Below, piece by piece: positions 29,210 to 37,496 of a stretch of 57,511 bases of DNA (its first letter is position 1; every line of letters starts with the position of its first letter). This DNA comes from Patescibacteria group bacterium (lineage in GTDB: Bacteria > Patescibacteriota > Patescibacteriia > UBA9934 > CAMTUG01): NCBI GenBank assembly GCA_038065815.1, contig JBBTQF010000021.1, positions 1 through 57,511 on the forward strand, given 5' to 3'. The position numbers were made by a program, and so were the translations under genes. The notes under the pieces are model-generated. The model had not been told where the DNA came from, did no database searches, and saw nothing but the letters and a program-made list of their open reading frames with translations.

Positions 29210-29727
29210 ATACGAAGCAAAACAATTACGCTTTTATTGATAGTCAGAACTTGAATTTGGCTATTCGTGAGCTTGGATGGAAGATAGATTTTGCTAAGTT
29301 TAGGGTTTATCTGAAAGAGAAGTACGGGGTTTCGCAGGCTTACATGTTTATTGGTTTTGTTTCCGGAAACCAGGCCCTCTATACTAGACTTCAGAAGTGT
29401 GGATTTATTTGCGTTTTTAAGCCGACGCTAGTTCATGCTGACGGAACAGTGAAAGGAAACTGCGATGCAGAATTGGTTTTGCATGCGATGATTGAATATC
29501 CGAATTACGATCAGGCCGTTATTGTAACGGGAGACGGCGATTTTCAGTGTCTTGCAAAGTATTTTGTTGAACAGGGAAAACTCAAGTGTTTGCTCATTCC
29601 CAATCGAAAAAAGTATTCGGCTCTATTGAAGTACAATATATTCTGGAAATTTCATCGTTTTATGAACGATTTGCAGACACTTCTTGAATACAAAAAGAAA
29701 GGGCCCCATAAGGACGGAACCTTATAG
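29206..29727 (+). CDS. NYN-domain (LabA-like) putative RNase
   Basis: NNYAFIDSQNLNLA... and VIVTGDGDFQCL are the acidic signature segments of NYN/LabA proteins. ATGA overlap with tsaD. Confidence 0.8.
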   Translation: MNTKQNNYAFIDSQNLNLAIRELGWKIDFAKFRVYLKEKYGVSQAYMFIGFVSGNQALYTRLQKCGFICVFKPTLVHADGTVKGNCDAELVLHAMIEYPNYDQAVIVTGDGDFQCLAKYFVEQGKLKCLLIPNRKKYSALLKYNIFWKFHRFMNDLQTLLEYKKKGPHKDGTL

Positions 29728-29778
29728 GGCTTGCTTTCCATTCGTGATCTATAAAGATGATACCAATAAGAGCGGAAT

Positions 29779-29859
29779 ATGTCAAACACTCCTAACTACG
29801 ACTCATCCCACTTCGCTCCTTCGGAGCTACGAGGGATTTCGTCAAAAATATATGAGTAA
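29779..29859 (+). other. 26-codon upstream ORF plus hairpin element preceding paralog 1
   Basis: Encodes MSNTPNYDSSHFAPSELRGISSKIYE*. The first 9 codons copy the paralog N-terminus, and the TAA stop overlaps the main ATG (29852) by 8 nt. Contains the hairpin GCTCC-TTC-GGAGC (29815-29827). A near-identical unit sits at 35269..35349. Confidence 0.5.
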
Positions 29860-31582
29860 GACCCCAATTTTTGACTCAAAAGTAAAAGCGATCCTCGACG
29901 CCACGCAGCCCGGCGAACGGGTGTGTGAAATGACCGGGGAGAAGTGGATGATGGATGCCGAGGAGATTTCTTGGTACAAAAAGTTCAACGTGCCACCGTC
30001 ACCGTTTTCGCCGCGCGTGCGCATGTGGCACATGACCAACTTTTTTGCCGTGTATCAGTGGTGGTGGAATAAGCATCCAGAAACCGGCGCGCCGGTGTTG
30101 AGCTATGTCCATCCGGCTTCGAAGATTAAGGTCTTGCCGGACAAGGAGTGGTTTGAGCGTGAGATGGCGGATTATGGACGTGCGATTGACTCGAGTCGAT
30201 CGTTCCTCGATCAATTCCGCGCGCTTCAACTTGACGTGCCGATTAACGCCACGCGCAACTTTGTTGATCCAGAGAATTCCATCGCCACGGTTTCGCTCGG
30301 CGATCGTAATGGTTATTTTGTCTCTGCGTCGCAATCGGAGGATTCGTTTTACTTGCTCGACACCCAGTTTGGCACGCGCACCATGGACGCTAACGGTGGC
30401 ATCAACGTGACGGATTCTTACCACATCAATCATTCGTTGCGTTTGCATGGCTGTCAGTTTATTTACGAGTCGCGCGATTGCATGAGCTCGTCTTTTTTGT
30501 TTGATTGTCGTAACTGCGAGTTCTGTTTTGGTGCCGCCAATAAACGTAATCGCAAATACGTCTGGTTTAATGAGCAGTTGAATAAGGAAGAATGGGAACG
30601 CCGACGGGCAGAAGTTGATCTTGGAAGCTATGCGCAAATGACTGCGACATTTGATCGTTTTACCAAATTGATTCGCGAAGAAGCCATTTGGCCGCAGAAT
30701 TTTAACGAAGGCTCAGAAGACTGCTTGGGCGATTACTTAATCAAGTGCAGTGATTTACAACATTGCTTGTACGGCATCGATAGTCACGGCGGATATTTTT
30801 GCTACGGTTTGTATAATGGCAATGACAACGCTTTTAGTTGCGCCATTCCTGGCGAGCATAATTATCAATCTGGGCCCGTTGGCAATACGTCGAACTCACG
30901 ATTTTCTTGTACGCTCGTGCGTTGTGACAATTTAGAGTACAGCATGAACTGCTACGACTGTACCGATTGTTTCGGTTGTGTCGGTCTGCGCAAAAAGCAA
31001 TTCCATATTTTTAACAAAGCGTATGCTGAAGAAGAATATTGGAAGGTCCTCGACGAGATCAAGTGCGCCATGCTTGAGCACGACGAATATGGCCGTCCGT
31101 TTCCGATCAACTTTGGATTCAACTATTATCCTGATTCCGGGCCGGTGATGTATTTTGGTGCGACGATTGAAGATTGGGATGTGGTCGGACGCGACCACTT
31201 CGAGGCCTCCGCCGACGGCGCATTTGGCACGCTGTCACTTGATGATCCGCGGATGCGCGAAGTCGATCAACTACCTGATCATATTCGCGACCTCGACGAC
31301 GACTGGATCGGTAAGCCTATTGCTGATCGCGCCATCAATCGCCCGTTCGCCCTTACCAAGGCTGAAGTCAACTATCTTAAAAAGTTTAACCTAGCCGCTC
31401 CGCGCCGACACTTCACCGCCCGCATGCTCGACTTGTTCTATTCTATGAGTAGCGGTCCCTTCATTGAGCAGACCTGTTTCTCCTGTGCCAAGCAGGTTGT
31501 CATGGCCACCAATCGCGCGTATCCTGAGCGTAAGGTTTATTGCAATGTATGTTATTTGAAGTATCTTGAAGTTCACGGATAA
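29852..31582 (+). CDS. Cys-rich repeat protein, tandem paralog 1 of 5 (uncharacterised family)
   Basis: MSKTPIFDSKVKAILDA..., FLFDCRNCEFCFGAANKRNRKYVWFNEQLNKEEW, CYDCTDCFGCVGLRKKQFHIFNKAYAEEEYW, and the C-terminal CFSC-x18-CNVCYLKYLE. The listed 29684 start is an out-of-frame-conserved extension. Confidence 0.8.
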   Translation: MSKTPIFDSKVKAILDATQPGERVCEMTGEKWMMDAEEISWYKKFNVPPSPFSPRVRMWHMTNFFAVYQWWWNKHPETGAPVLSYVHPASKIKVLPDKEWFEREMADYGRAIDSSRSFLDQFRALQLDVPINATRNFVDPENSIATVSLGDRNGYFVSASQSEDSFYLLDTQFGTRTMDANGGINVTDSYHINHSLRLHGCQFIYESRDCMSSSFLFDCRNCEFCFGAANKRNRKYVWFNEQLNKEEWERRRAEVDLGSYAQMTATFDRFTKLIREEAIWPQNFNEGSEDCLGDYLIKCSDLQHCLYGIDSHGGYFCYGLYNGNDNAFSCAIPGEHNYQSGPVGNTSNSRFSCTLVRCDNLEYSMNCYDCTDCFGCVGLRKKQFHIFNKAYAEEEYWKVLDEIKCAMLEHDEYGRPFPINFGFNYYPDSGPVMYFGATIEDWDVVGRDHFEASADGAFGTLSLDDPRMREVDQLPDHIRDLDDDWIGKPIADRAINRPFALTKAEVNYLKKFNLAAPRRHFTARMLDLFYSMSSGPFIEQTCFSCAKQVVMATNRAYPERKVYCNVCYLKYLEVHG

Positions 31583-31606
31583 AACCAAAACCCCGCTTGC
31601 GCGGGG
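31581..31606 (-). terminator. intrinsic terminator for the minus-strand RNA
   Basis: The minus strand reads CCCCGC-GCAA-GCGGGG followed by UUUUGGUUUU. On the plus strand the hairpin has no U-tract after it. Confidence 0.7.
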
Positions 31607-31693
31607 AGTTGGCAGTCTCGATTCGGTACGAGTGACCTGGATTGCTACCTAAATCAAGAGTATCCTAATTTAGGATTGTCGTCAAACTGTTTG

Positions 31694-31764
31694 TGGTGGA
31701 GGCGCGGGGATTTGAACCCCGGAAACCATGGGTAGCAATCCAGGTTTCGTATCAAACCGCCCCC
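31694..31764 (-). ncRNA. tRNA-like element (Ala-type acceptor, T-arm, encoded CCA, no D-arm)
   Basis: The minus strand reads GGGGGCG GUUUGAUAC GAAACC-UGG-AUUGCUAC-CCA-U-GGUUUC CGGGG-UUCAAAU-CCCCG CGCCUCC A CCA. It has a 7-bp acceptor stem with G3.U70, a perfect T-arm with a consensus-like loop, and a long arm whose loop carries UGC. It is only 71 nt and lacks a D stem-loop. Confidence 0.5.
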
Positions 31765-31776
31765 ACCACAGTAAAA

Positions 31777-31782
31777 ATTATA
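31777..31782 (-). promoter_or_regulatory. -10 box (TATAAT) for the minus-strand tRNA-like transcript
   Basis: The minus strand reads TTGGGA, 18 nt, TATAAT, 6 nt, then UGUGGU-GGGGGCG. This puts the predicted start at about 31770. Confidence 0.45.
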
Positions 31783-31789
31783 TTAAAAT

Positions 31790-33529
31790 ATGGCTTCCAC
31801 TCCCAACTACGATGCTAAAGTAAAAGCGATCCTCGATGCCACAACGCTTGGTGAGCGTGTTTGTGCGATCACAGGAGAGAAGTGGACGCAGGACTCCAAG
31901 GAGCTGGAGATTTACCGTCGCTTCAATGTACCGCCACTGAAGATTTGCACCAACGCTTTATGGAAGTGGATGGCATTTTATGATGCCGGATTTCAATTTT
32001 GGTGGAATAAGCACGCCGAGACGGGGAAGCCGGTGCTCAGTTTTCATCATCCCGCTTCCGGGATCCGCGTTCTGCCCGACGTCGAATGGCATGCTAAAGA
32101 TTTTTCCACCATCACTGCCGATGTCGATCCGACCAAATCGTTTTTCGATCAGCTTCGCGCTCTCGAACTCTGTGTTCCTTTTATGGCGACGTTTGATCGC
32201 CAGCCACCGGAGAACTCGATCACTCTTTTCTCCTTTGGCGATCGCAATAGCTACTTCACTTTCGCATGTCAGTCCGAGCGCTGTTTCTTTTCTGCTGGCG
32301 CCTTTCAAGCTGAAGGTTCGTCGCTCTTGTGGCTCACCAATCAAATCACCGACAGTCATTGGATTTTGAAATCCGACCGTCTGTTTCGCTGTCGCTATGT
32401 TCGTGAGTCGTTGGATTGTATCGACAGTGCCTTTTTGTTTGACTGCCGTAATTGCCAAAATTGTTTTGGGGTCGTCAACAAACGCAATCGTCAATACCTG
32501 TTCATGAATGAGCAGTTGAGCAGGGCCGAGTACGAAGCCCGAATGTTGACGATTGATCTTGGCAAGCGATCGGAAGTGGAAAAATACAGCCAGCAATTCG
32601 ATGCACTGCTCGCCAAGGAAGGCGTTTGGCCGGAAAACTTCAACGTCAACACCCAAGAATCCGTTGGTGAATATTTGGTTAACGCTGTGCGCTCACAGCA
32701 ATGCTTTGCCGCCGCAGACGCTCCGACCGATCAGTATCGCAGTGCGTGGTCTTATGGACTCAATCAACACAACGCTAACATGTGGGGATCGATCGACAGC
32801 AGTGATTGCTATATGTCCGTGGCTTGTCCAAACTCGAGCAAAAGTAATTTTTCTTACCGCTCGTTCCGTTTGGATAACTGCGAGTTCTGCGTCATGTCGT
32901 CGGATCTACGCGATTGTTTTGGGTGTGTAGGTCTGAAGAAAAAACGGTTTTGTATTTTCAACAAACAGTACACGGAGGAGGAATATTGGAGAATCGTCGA
33001 TGAAATCAAATCGGCGATGTTGGAGAGGGGAGAATATGGAACGTATTTGCCAACTGCGTTGTCGACGACTTTCGTGCCAGAGTCTGGCGCGGTGGTCTAT
33101 ACCGGCGCTTCACCCGAGGAGCTGGCCATGTTTGGAGGGAATTTGTTTGGCGCCGAAGACGATGGAGCCACCGGAGCCGATCGCATTGATCCAAGCAAGG
33201 CTCGCAAGCGCGAGGACATTCCGGACGCGATTGATGATTTAACGGACGAATGGGTCGGCGTACCCATTTACGACGAAGTTTCCAAACGCACTTTCACCTT
33301 TTTGCGTCCAGAAGTGGAGCATTACCGCCGCCTGCGTGTTGCCCCGCCAAACATCCATTTTATTCGCCGTCTGCATGAAGTTTCTCACGCCGGCCAGGTG
33401 GCGGCCTTCGAACCTGCCAGCTGTACCAAATGCCAACAAGCGGTCACCATCGCCAAAAATATTCGCTACCCCCACCGCCGCATTTATTGCAGAGCCTGTT
33501 ATACGGCGTTTGTGGAAAAGAATGGATGA
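31790..33529 (+). CDS. Cys-rich repeat protein, tandem paralog 2 of 5
   Basis: MASTPNYDAKVKAILDA..., FLFDCRNCQNCFGVVNKRNRQYLFMNEQL, CFGCVGLKKKRFCIFNKQYTEEEYW, and CTKC-x18-CRACYTAFVEKNG. Confidence 0.8.
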   Translation: MASTPNYDAKVKAILDATTLGERVCAITGEKWTQDSKELEIYRRFNVPPLKICTNALWKWMAFYDAGFQFWWNKHAETGKPVLSFHHPASGIRVLPDVEWHAKDFSTITADVDPTKSFFDQLRALELCVPFMATFDRQPPENSITLFSFGDRNSYFTFACQSERCFFSAGAFQAEGSSLLWLTNQITDSHWILKSDRLFRCRYVRESLDCIDSAFLFDCRNCQNCFGVVNKRNRQYLFMNEQLSRAEYEARMLTIDLGKRSEVEKYSQQFDALLAKEGVWPENFNVNTQESVGEYLVNAVRSQQCFAAADAPTDQYRSAWSYGLNQHNANMWGSIDSSDCYMSVACPNSSKSNFSYRSFRLDNCEFCVMSSDLRDCFGCVGLKKKRFCIFNKQYTEEEYWRIVDEIKSAMLERGEYGTYLPTALSTTFVPESGAVVYTGASPEELAMFGGNLFGAEDDGATGADRIDPSKARKREDIPDAIDDLTDEWVGVPIYDEVSKRTFTFLRPEVEHYRRLRVAPPNIHFIRRLHEVSHAGQVAAFEPASCTKCQQAVTIAKNIRYPHRRIYCRACYTAFVEKNG

Positions 33530-33530
33530 T

Positions 33531-35267
33531 ATGAGTAACACCCCCAACTACGACGCCAAAGTAAAAGCCATCCTCGACGGGCTCACGCCCGGGGAGCGGG
33601 TTTGTGCTATCACGGGCGAGAAGTGGATGATGACGGAGGAGGAGATTGGGTGGTACAGGAAGTTCAATGTCCCGCCGTCGAAGTATTCTCCAAGTGCGCG
33701 CATCAAACTGGTTATGGGATACTTTGTTGTTTTTGACATGTGGTACAACAAGCACGCCGACACGGGCGCGCCAATTATCTCCACAACCCACCCCGCCTCA
33801 GGCATTCGTGTCCTCCCAGATTTGGAATGGTTTAATCGAGATTTCATTTCTCACGGACAAAATTTGCAGGCATCAAATTCTTTTTTTGACCAACTCTACG
33901 CACTGAGTCGACGTGTTCCTGTTGCCGCTACCTTTAATTATAAGGTCCCGGAAAACTCGGTGGCTTTTATTTCGTTTGGTGATCAAGACAGCTACTTTGT
34001 GCTGGCCTGTAAGTCCAAGCGCTCCTTCTTTTGCGGGAATGCCCATGATGTGGAGGATTCGGCTGAACTCGTCGCCGTGGAAAATGTCAGACAGTCATAC
34101 GCAGTGGTGCACAGCCAGCGTATTTTTAATTGCCGTTTTTTGCTGGAATGTTATGACTGCATAAACTTGCATTTTCTTTTTGATTGCCGAAACTGTGAGT
34201 TCTGTTTTGGTGCTACCAATCAACGGAATAAAAAGTATTTATGGTTCAATGAGCAGTTGAGCAAGGAAGAGTGGGAGCGACGTTTTGCCGAGATTGACCT
34301 TCGCTCACGTGAGGCACTTGATGAGATACAGCAACATTTTTCGGAGTTGATGCAGACACAAACTGTCTGGCCGGAGAATTTTAATGTCAATGCCGTCGAC
34401 TCAAGCGGAGAATACATTATTGAGTCGACAGATGTGCGTGACGGCTACTACATCATGCGTGGCTGTCGTAATTTAGATAACAGCTGCTACGCCTTTGGCT
34501 TACCGTCGCATGATTGCTACACCGTCTGCGCGCCGATTGGCGCCTCGGATTGTTATTACGGGATTGGACAAGAGCAGTGCTCACAGGTGCGCTTCGCCTT
34601 GTCTATCCTAGCTCGTAACATGAATACCGAATATTGCAATGTTTGTTTTGATTGCGAGAATTGCTTTGGTTGTATCGGTCTGCGTCACAAGAAGTTTTGT
34701 ATTTTGAACAAGCAATACACGGAAGAGGAGTACTGGAAGGTCCTTGATGAACTGAAGTGTGCCATGCTTGACCGTGGAGAATACGGCGAGCTGCCACCTA
34801 TGAAGTTTGGGACTCAACACTGGAGCGGCTCTGGTGCTCGGGTGTTGTACGGAGCGAGCAAGGATGAGTGTTTGAAGCTTGGTGCCGTCGACTTTCCGGT
34901 CGGCGCAGAGGGGTCTGAAGGCCCAATTGTTGATTCCGCGTCCCTGCATTCACTCGACTCAATTCCAGACCGCATCGACTCAATCGAAGAGGTGACTGGC
35001 AAACCGTACTTCGATCCCGCTGCAAATCGTCGTTTTAGTTATCAAAAGACCGAGCTCGAACTGTACGCCAGGCTCGGTGTAGCACCGCCGCGCAAACATC
35101 CGACGCGTCGACTGACAGATCATTACCACGAAATGAGCATGGCTGTTTTTGAGGACGGACACTGTGAAAAGTGCAACCAACAAATACGCGTTGCCAAGAA
35201 TATGACGTATCCAAATCGAAAATTATATTGCAAATCCTGTTATTTGGCGTTTATCGAAACTCGCTAA
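33531..35267 (+). CDS. Cys-rich repeat protein, tandem paralog 3 of 5
   Basis: MSNTPNYDAKVKAILDG..., starting 1 nt after the paralog-2 stop (junction AATGGATGATATGAGT). FLFDCRNCEFCFGATNQRNKKYLWFNEQL, CFDCENCFGCIGLRHKKFCILNKQYTEEEYW, and CEKC-x18-CKSCYLAFIE. Confidence 0.8.
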   Translation: MSNTPNYDAKVKAILDGLTPGERVCAITGEKWMMTEEEIGWYRKFNVPPSKYSPSARIKLVMGYFVVFDMWYNKHADTGAPIISTTHPASGIRVLPDLEWFNRDFISHGQNLQASNSFFDQLYALSRRVPVAATFNYKVPENSVAFISFGDQDSYFVLACKSKRSFFCGNAHDVEDSAELVAVENVRQSYAVVHSQRIFNCRFLLECYDCINLHFLFDCRNCEFCFGATNQRNKKYLWFNEQLSKEEWERRFAEIDLRSREALDEIQQHFSELMQTQTVWPENFNVNAVDSSGEYIIESTDVRDGYYIMRGCRNLDNSCYAFGLPSHDCYTVCAPIGASDCYYGIGQEQCSQVRFALSILARNMNTEYCNVCFDCENCFGCIGLRHKKFCILNKQYTEEEYWKVLDELKCAMLDRGEYGELPPMKFGTQHWSGSGARVLYGASKDECLKLGAVDFPVGAEGSEGPIVDSASLHSLDSIPDRIDSIEEVTGKPYFDPAANRRFSYQKTELELYARLGVAPPRKHPTRRLTDHYHEMSMAVFEDGHCEKCNQQIRVAKNMTYPNRKLYCKSCYLAFIETR

Positions 35268-35268
35268 T

Positions 35269-35349
35269 ATGTCCAAAACGCCCAATTACGACGCATCCCA
35301 CTTCGCTCTTGCAGAGCTACGTAAGGACTGCGTCAAAATTTATGAATAG
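35269..35349 (+). other. 26-codon upstream ORF plus hairpin element preceding paralog 4
   Basis: Encodes MSKTPNYDASHFALAELRKDCVKIYE*. Same 73-nt offset to the main ATG (35342) as at paralog 1. The hairpin is GCTCT-TGC-AGAGC (35305-35317). Confidence 0.5.
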
Positions 35350-37072
35350 GACTCCAAATTTTGACTTGAAGGTAAAAGCCATCCTCGACGCTACCAAACC
35401 CGGCGAGCGGGTGTGTCCGATTTCGGGGGAAACGTGGATACTCACGAGCGAAGACATTGAGCGGTATCGCGGTTGGGGAGTGCCACCGCCGATTTATTCG
35501 CCAACGATTCGCATGAAAGAGCTCGCCGGTTGGGGCGCGGGGATTGATTTGTGGTGGAAGCCGCATTTTCAAACCGGTAAAGCGATTCTGTCTGGCATCC
35601 ATCCAGATTCTTTTAGTCCAGCCATAACTGACAAAGAGTGGTTTGAAAAAGATTGGGGTGCGGAGCATCCGCTCGATGTTGATCTTGCCAAACCCATCCT
35701 AGAGCAAACCAAGCCGCTGTTCGATCGCGTGCCATATCCTGCGCTATCAACCCACGGTTCAGTTAATTGTGTTGGATGTGGCATAGTTGACTGTGTTGAC
35801 TCCTACATGGTTTTTGGCAGTAAAATGGTCAAAGATAGTTGGTACGCCTTCCGCACCCAGTACAGCGAACGGGTGATGGACGCGCCGTTTTTACTACGCT
35901 GTGAAAACGTTTTTGCTTCGGCCAAGTCTGTTAGCTGCAATAACTGCGTCAGCATTTTTGAGTGCAACCAGTGCATCAACTCGGCATTTTTGTTTGATTG
36001 TCAGAATTGCGAAGAGTGTTTTTGTTCATCAAACTTGCGCCACAAGCAGTACGTTTTCATGAATGAACAATTGAACAAAGAAGAATATCAAAAGCGCATG
36101 GCGGAAATTGATTTGTCCTCGACAGCACAGTTTGAACAATGGAAAACTACCTTCCGTCATCTGGTAGGTGAAAAAACCATTTGGCCGGAAAACTTCAGTG
36201 TCAATGTGCAGAACTGTGTTGGGGAGGGAATGATGGATTGTCTCGACTGTTCTGGATTTTTGATGGACAACTCCCGTAATATTCAAAACGGCTGGAACAT
36301 TTTTGATTCCGAGCACTTGGATACCGTGGTCATCTCCTATAATTCCAACGATTGTTATGGCGTCAGTGTGGCCCTCGCTTCGCACAACATCAAGTTTTCT
36401 TTCGTTGCCTACCAGTCGCAGGATTGCGAGTACGTGGTCAATTGCTACAACTGCGAGCATTGTTTTGGTTGTGTCGGACTCAACCGCAAGAAGTTTAATA
36501 TTTTCAACAAGCAGTACAGTGAACAAGATTATTGGCGACTTGTCGACGAAATCAAATGTGCCATGCTGGAGCGGGGAGAGTATGGACGATTTTTCCCGGC
36601 GGCTTATTCTCCGCTCGGCATGAAATACGGCTACGGCTATGTCGTTGCTCCGTTGACGAAGGAAGAACTCACCAAGCTCGGAGGACTCGATTTGGATCCA
36701 ATCGCGGGAATGCGCTTCGCGCCGTACGACGTTAACGCTCCGACATCAAATGTTGACGAAGTCCCTGATCGGATTGTGGATATAACTGATGAATGGGTCG
36801 GGAAGCAATTTTTTGACGCTGAAGCCAATCGGCGTTATGCAGTAAACGCTCAAGAGCTTGCTTATCGAAAAGAACACGGCTATCCATTCCCGCTTCGGCA
36901 CTACACGTCGCGGCTGAAGGATATAGTCGCTTCCTGCAACGGACCCATCCAGGAGTCAGCGCGTTGTGCCAAGTGCAACAAGGAGATTATGACCAGCTCA
37001 AGCACTATTTACTCTAAACGCACCGTTTATTGTAAGGCGTGTTATTTAAAGTTTATTGAATCTAACGGATAA
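35342..37072 (+). CDS. Cys-rich repeat protein, tandem paralog 4 of 5
   Basis: MNRTPNFDLKVKAILDA..., FLFDCQNCEECFCSSNLRHKQYVFMNEQL, CYNCEHCFGCVGLNRKKFNIFNKQYSEQDYW, and CAKC-x18-CKACYLKFIESNG. Confidence 0.8.
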   Translation: MNRTPNFDLKVKAILDATKPGERVCPISGETWILTSEDIERYRGWGVPPPIYSPTIRMKELAGWGAGIDLWWKPHFQTGKAILSGIHPDSFSPAITDKEWFEKDWGAEHPLDVDLAKPILEQTKPLFDRVPYPALSTHGSVNCVGCGIVDCVDSYMVFGSKMVKDSWYAFRTQYSERVMDAPFLLRCENVFASAKSVSCNNCVSIFECNQCINSAFLFDCQNCEECFCSSNLRHKQYVFMNEQLNKEEYQKRMAEIDLSSTAQFEQWKTTFRHLVGEKTIWPENFSVNVQNCVGEGMMDCLDCSGFLMDNSRNIQNGWNIFDSEHLDTVVISYNSNDCYGVSVALASHNIKFSFVAYQSQDCEYVVNCYNCEHCFGCVGLNRKKFNIFNKQYSEQDYWRLVDEIKCAMLERGEYGRFFPAAYSPLGMKYGYGYVVAPLTKEELTKLGGLDLDPIAGMRFAPYDVNAPTSNVDEVPDRIVDITDEWVGKQFFDAEANRRYAVNAQELAYRKEHGYPFPLRHYTSRLKDIVASCNGPIQESARCAKCNKEIMTSSSTIYSKRTVYCKACYLKFIESNG

Positions 37073-37074
37073 GT

Positions 37075-37442
37075 ATGTCCCTGTCTAGAAATAACTTTGC
37101 TTACATCGATGGTGCTAATCTCTACAAAGGTGTGGCTGGAGACGGCTGGAAACTTGATTATCGTCGCTTTCGTGTCTGGTTGGAAGAAAAGTACGGTGTG
37201 AGCTGTTGTTGATGTTTATGAACAAAATTGTGACAAGGCCATTATTGTTTCTGGAGATGGTGACTATGCCAGTTTGGTTGTATTTTTGAGTGAAAAAAGA
37301 AAGTTGGTCTCGATTCTTTCTCCAAACAAGCACTGTTCTATTCTTCTGAAAAGGACGAACGTGGCGATTGGATACCTGATGGATTATCGACCTCGTATAG
37401 GCCAAAAATGAAAAGGCCCCCGATGCAGACGAAACTGCATAA
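37075..37442 (+). pseudogene. NYN-domain gene remnant (internal deletion plus frameshifts)
   Basis: MSLSRNNFAYIDGANLYKGVAGDGWKLDYRRFRVWLEEKYGVSCC* aligns with the first 43 aa of the intact NYN gene. The frame then shifts to ..DVYEQNCDKAIIVSGDGDYASLVVFLSEKRKLVSILSPNK.., and shifts again to KKAPDADETA* (compare KKKGPHKDGTL*). About 50 central codons are missing. Confidence 0.75.
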
Positions 37443-37496
37443 GGGTCCTTTTCGTAGTGATGACTATAAGATACCATTCTTTCAGAATTTGTCAAT

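Noticed and set aside
29803-29878. Programmed translational bypass (gene-60-like hop) from the uORF codons GAC TCA to the identical GAC TCA 73 nt downstream in paralog 1. It would skip a UUCG-type hairpin and restore the consensus N-terminus MSNTPNYDS-KVKAILDA.
   Set aside because: The matching take-off and landing codons exist only in copy 1; copy 4 has GAC GCA versus GAC TTG. No stop codon follows the putative take-off site, and the main ORF has its own ATG in both copies. The idea is not supported beyond coincidence.
31694-31764. Calling this element a canonical tRNA-Ala(UGC) gene.
   Set aside because: It has no D stem-loop, only 36 nt lie between the acceptor and T stems, the loop is 8 nt, and a pyrimidine follows the UGC. 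It is therefore kept as a tRNA-like ncRNA.
33336-33530. N-terminal extensions given by the ORF track for paralogs 1, 3, 4 and 5 (starts 29684, 33336, 35171, 37408).
   Set aside because: The extensions overlap the upstream paralog or the leader in another frame and have no family similarity. Each copy has an internal ATG that exactly reproduces the conserved M-x-x-TPN(Y/F)D start.
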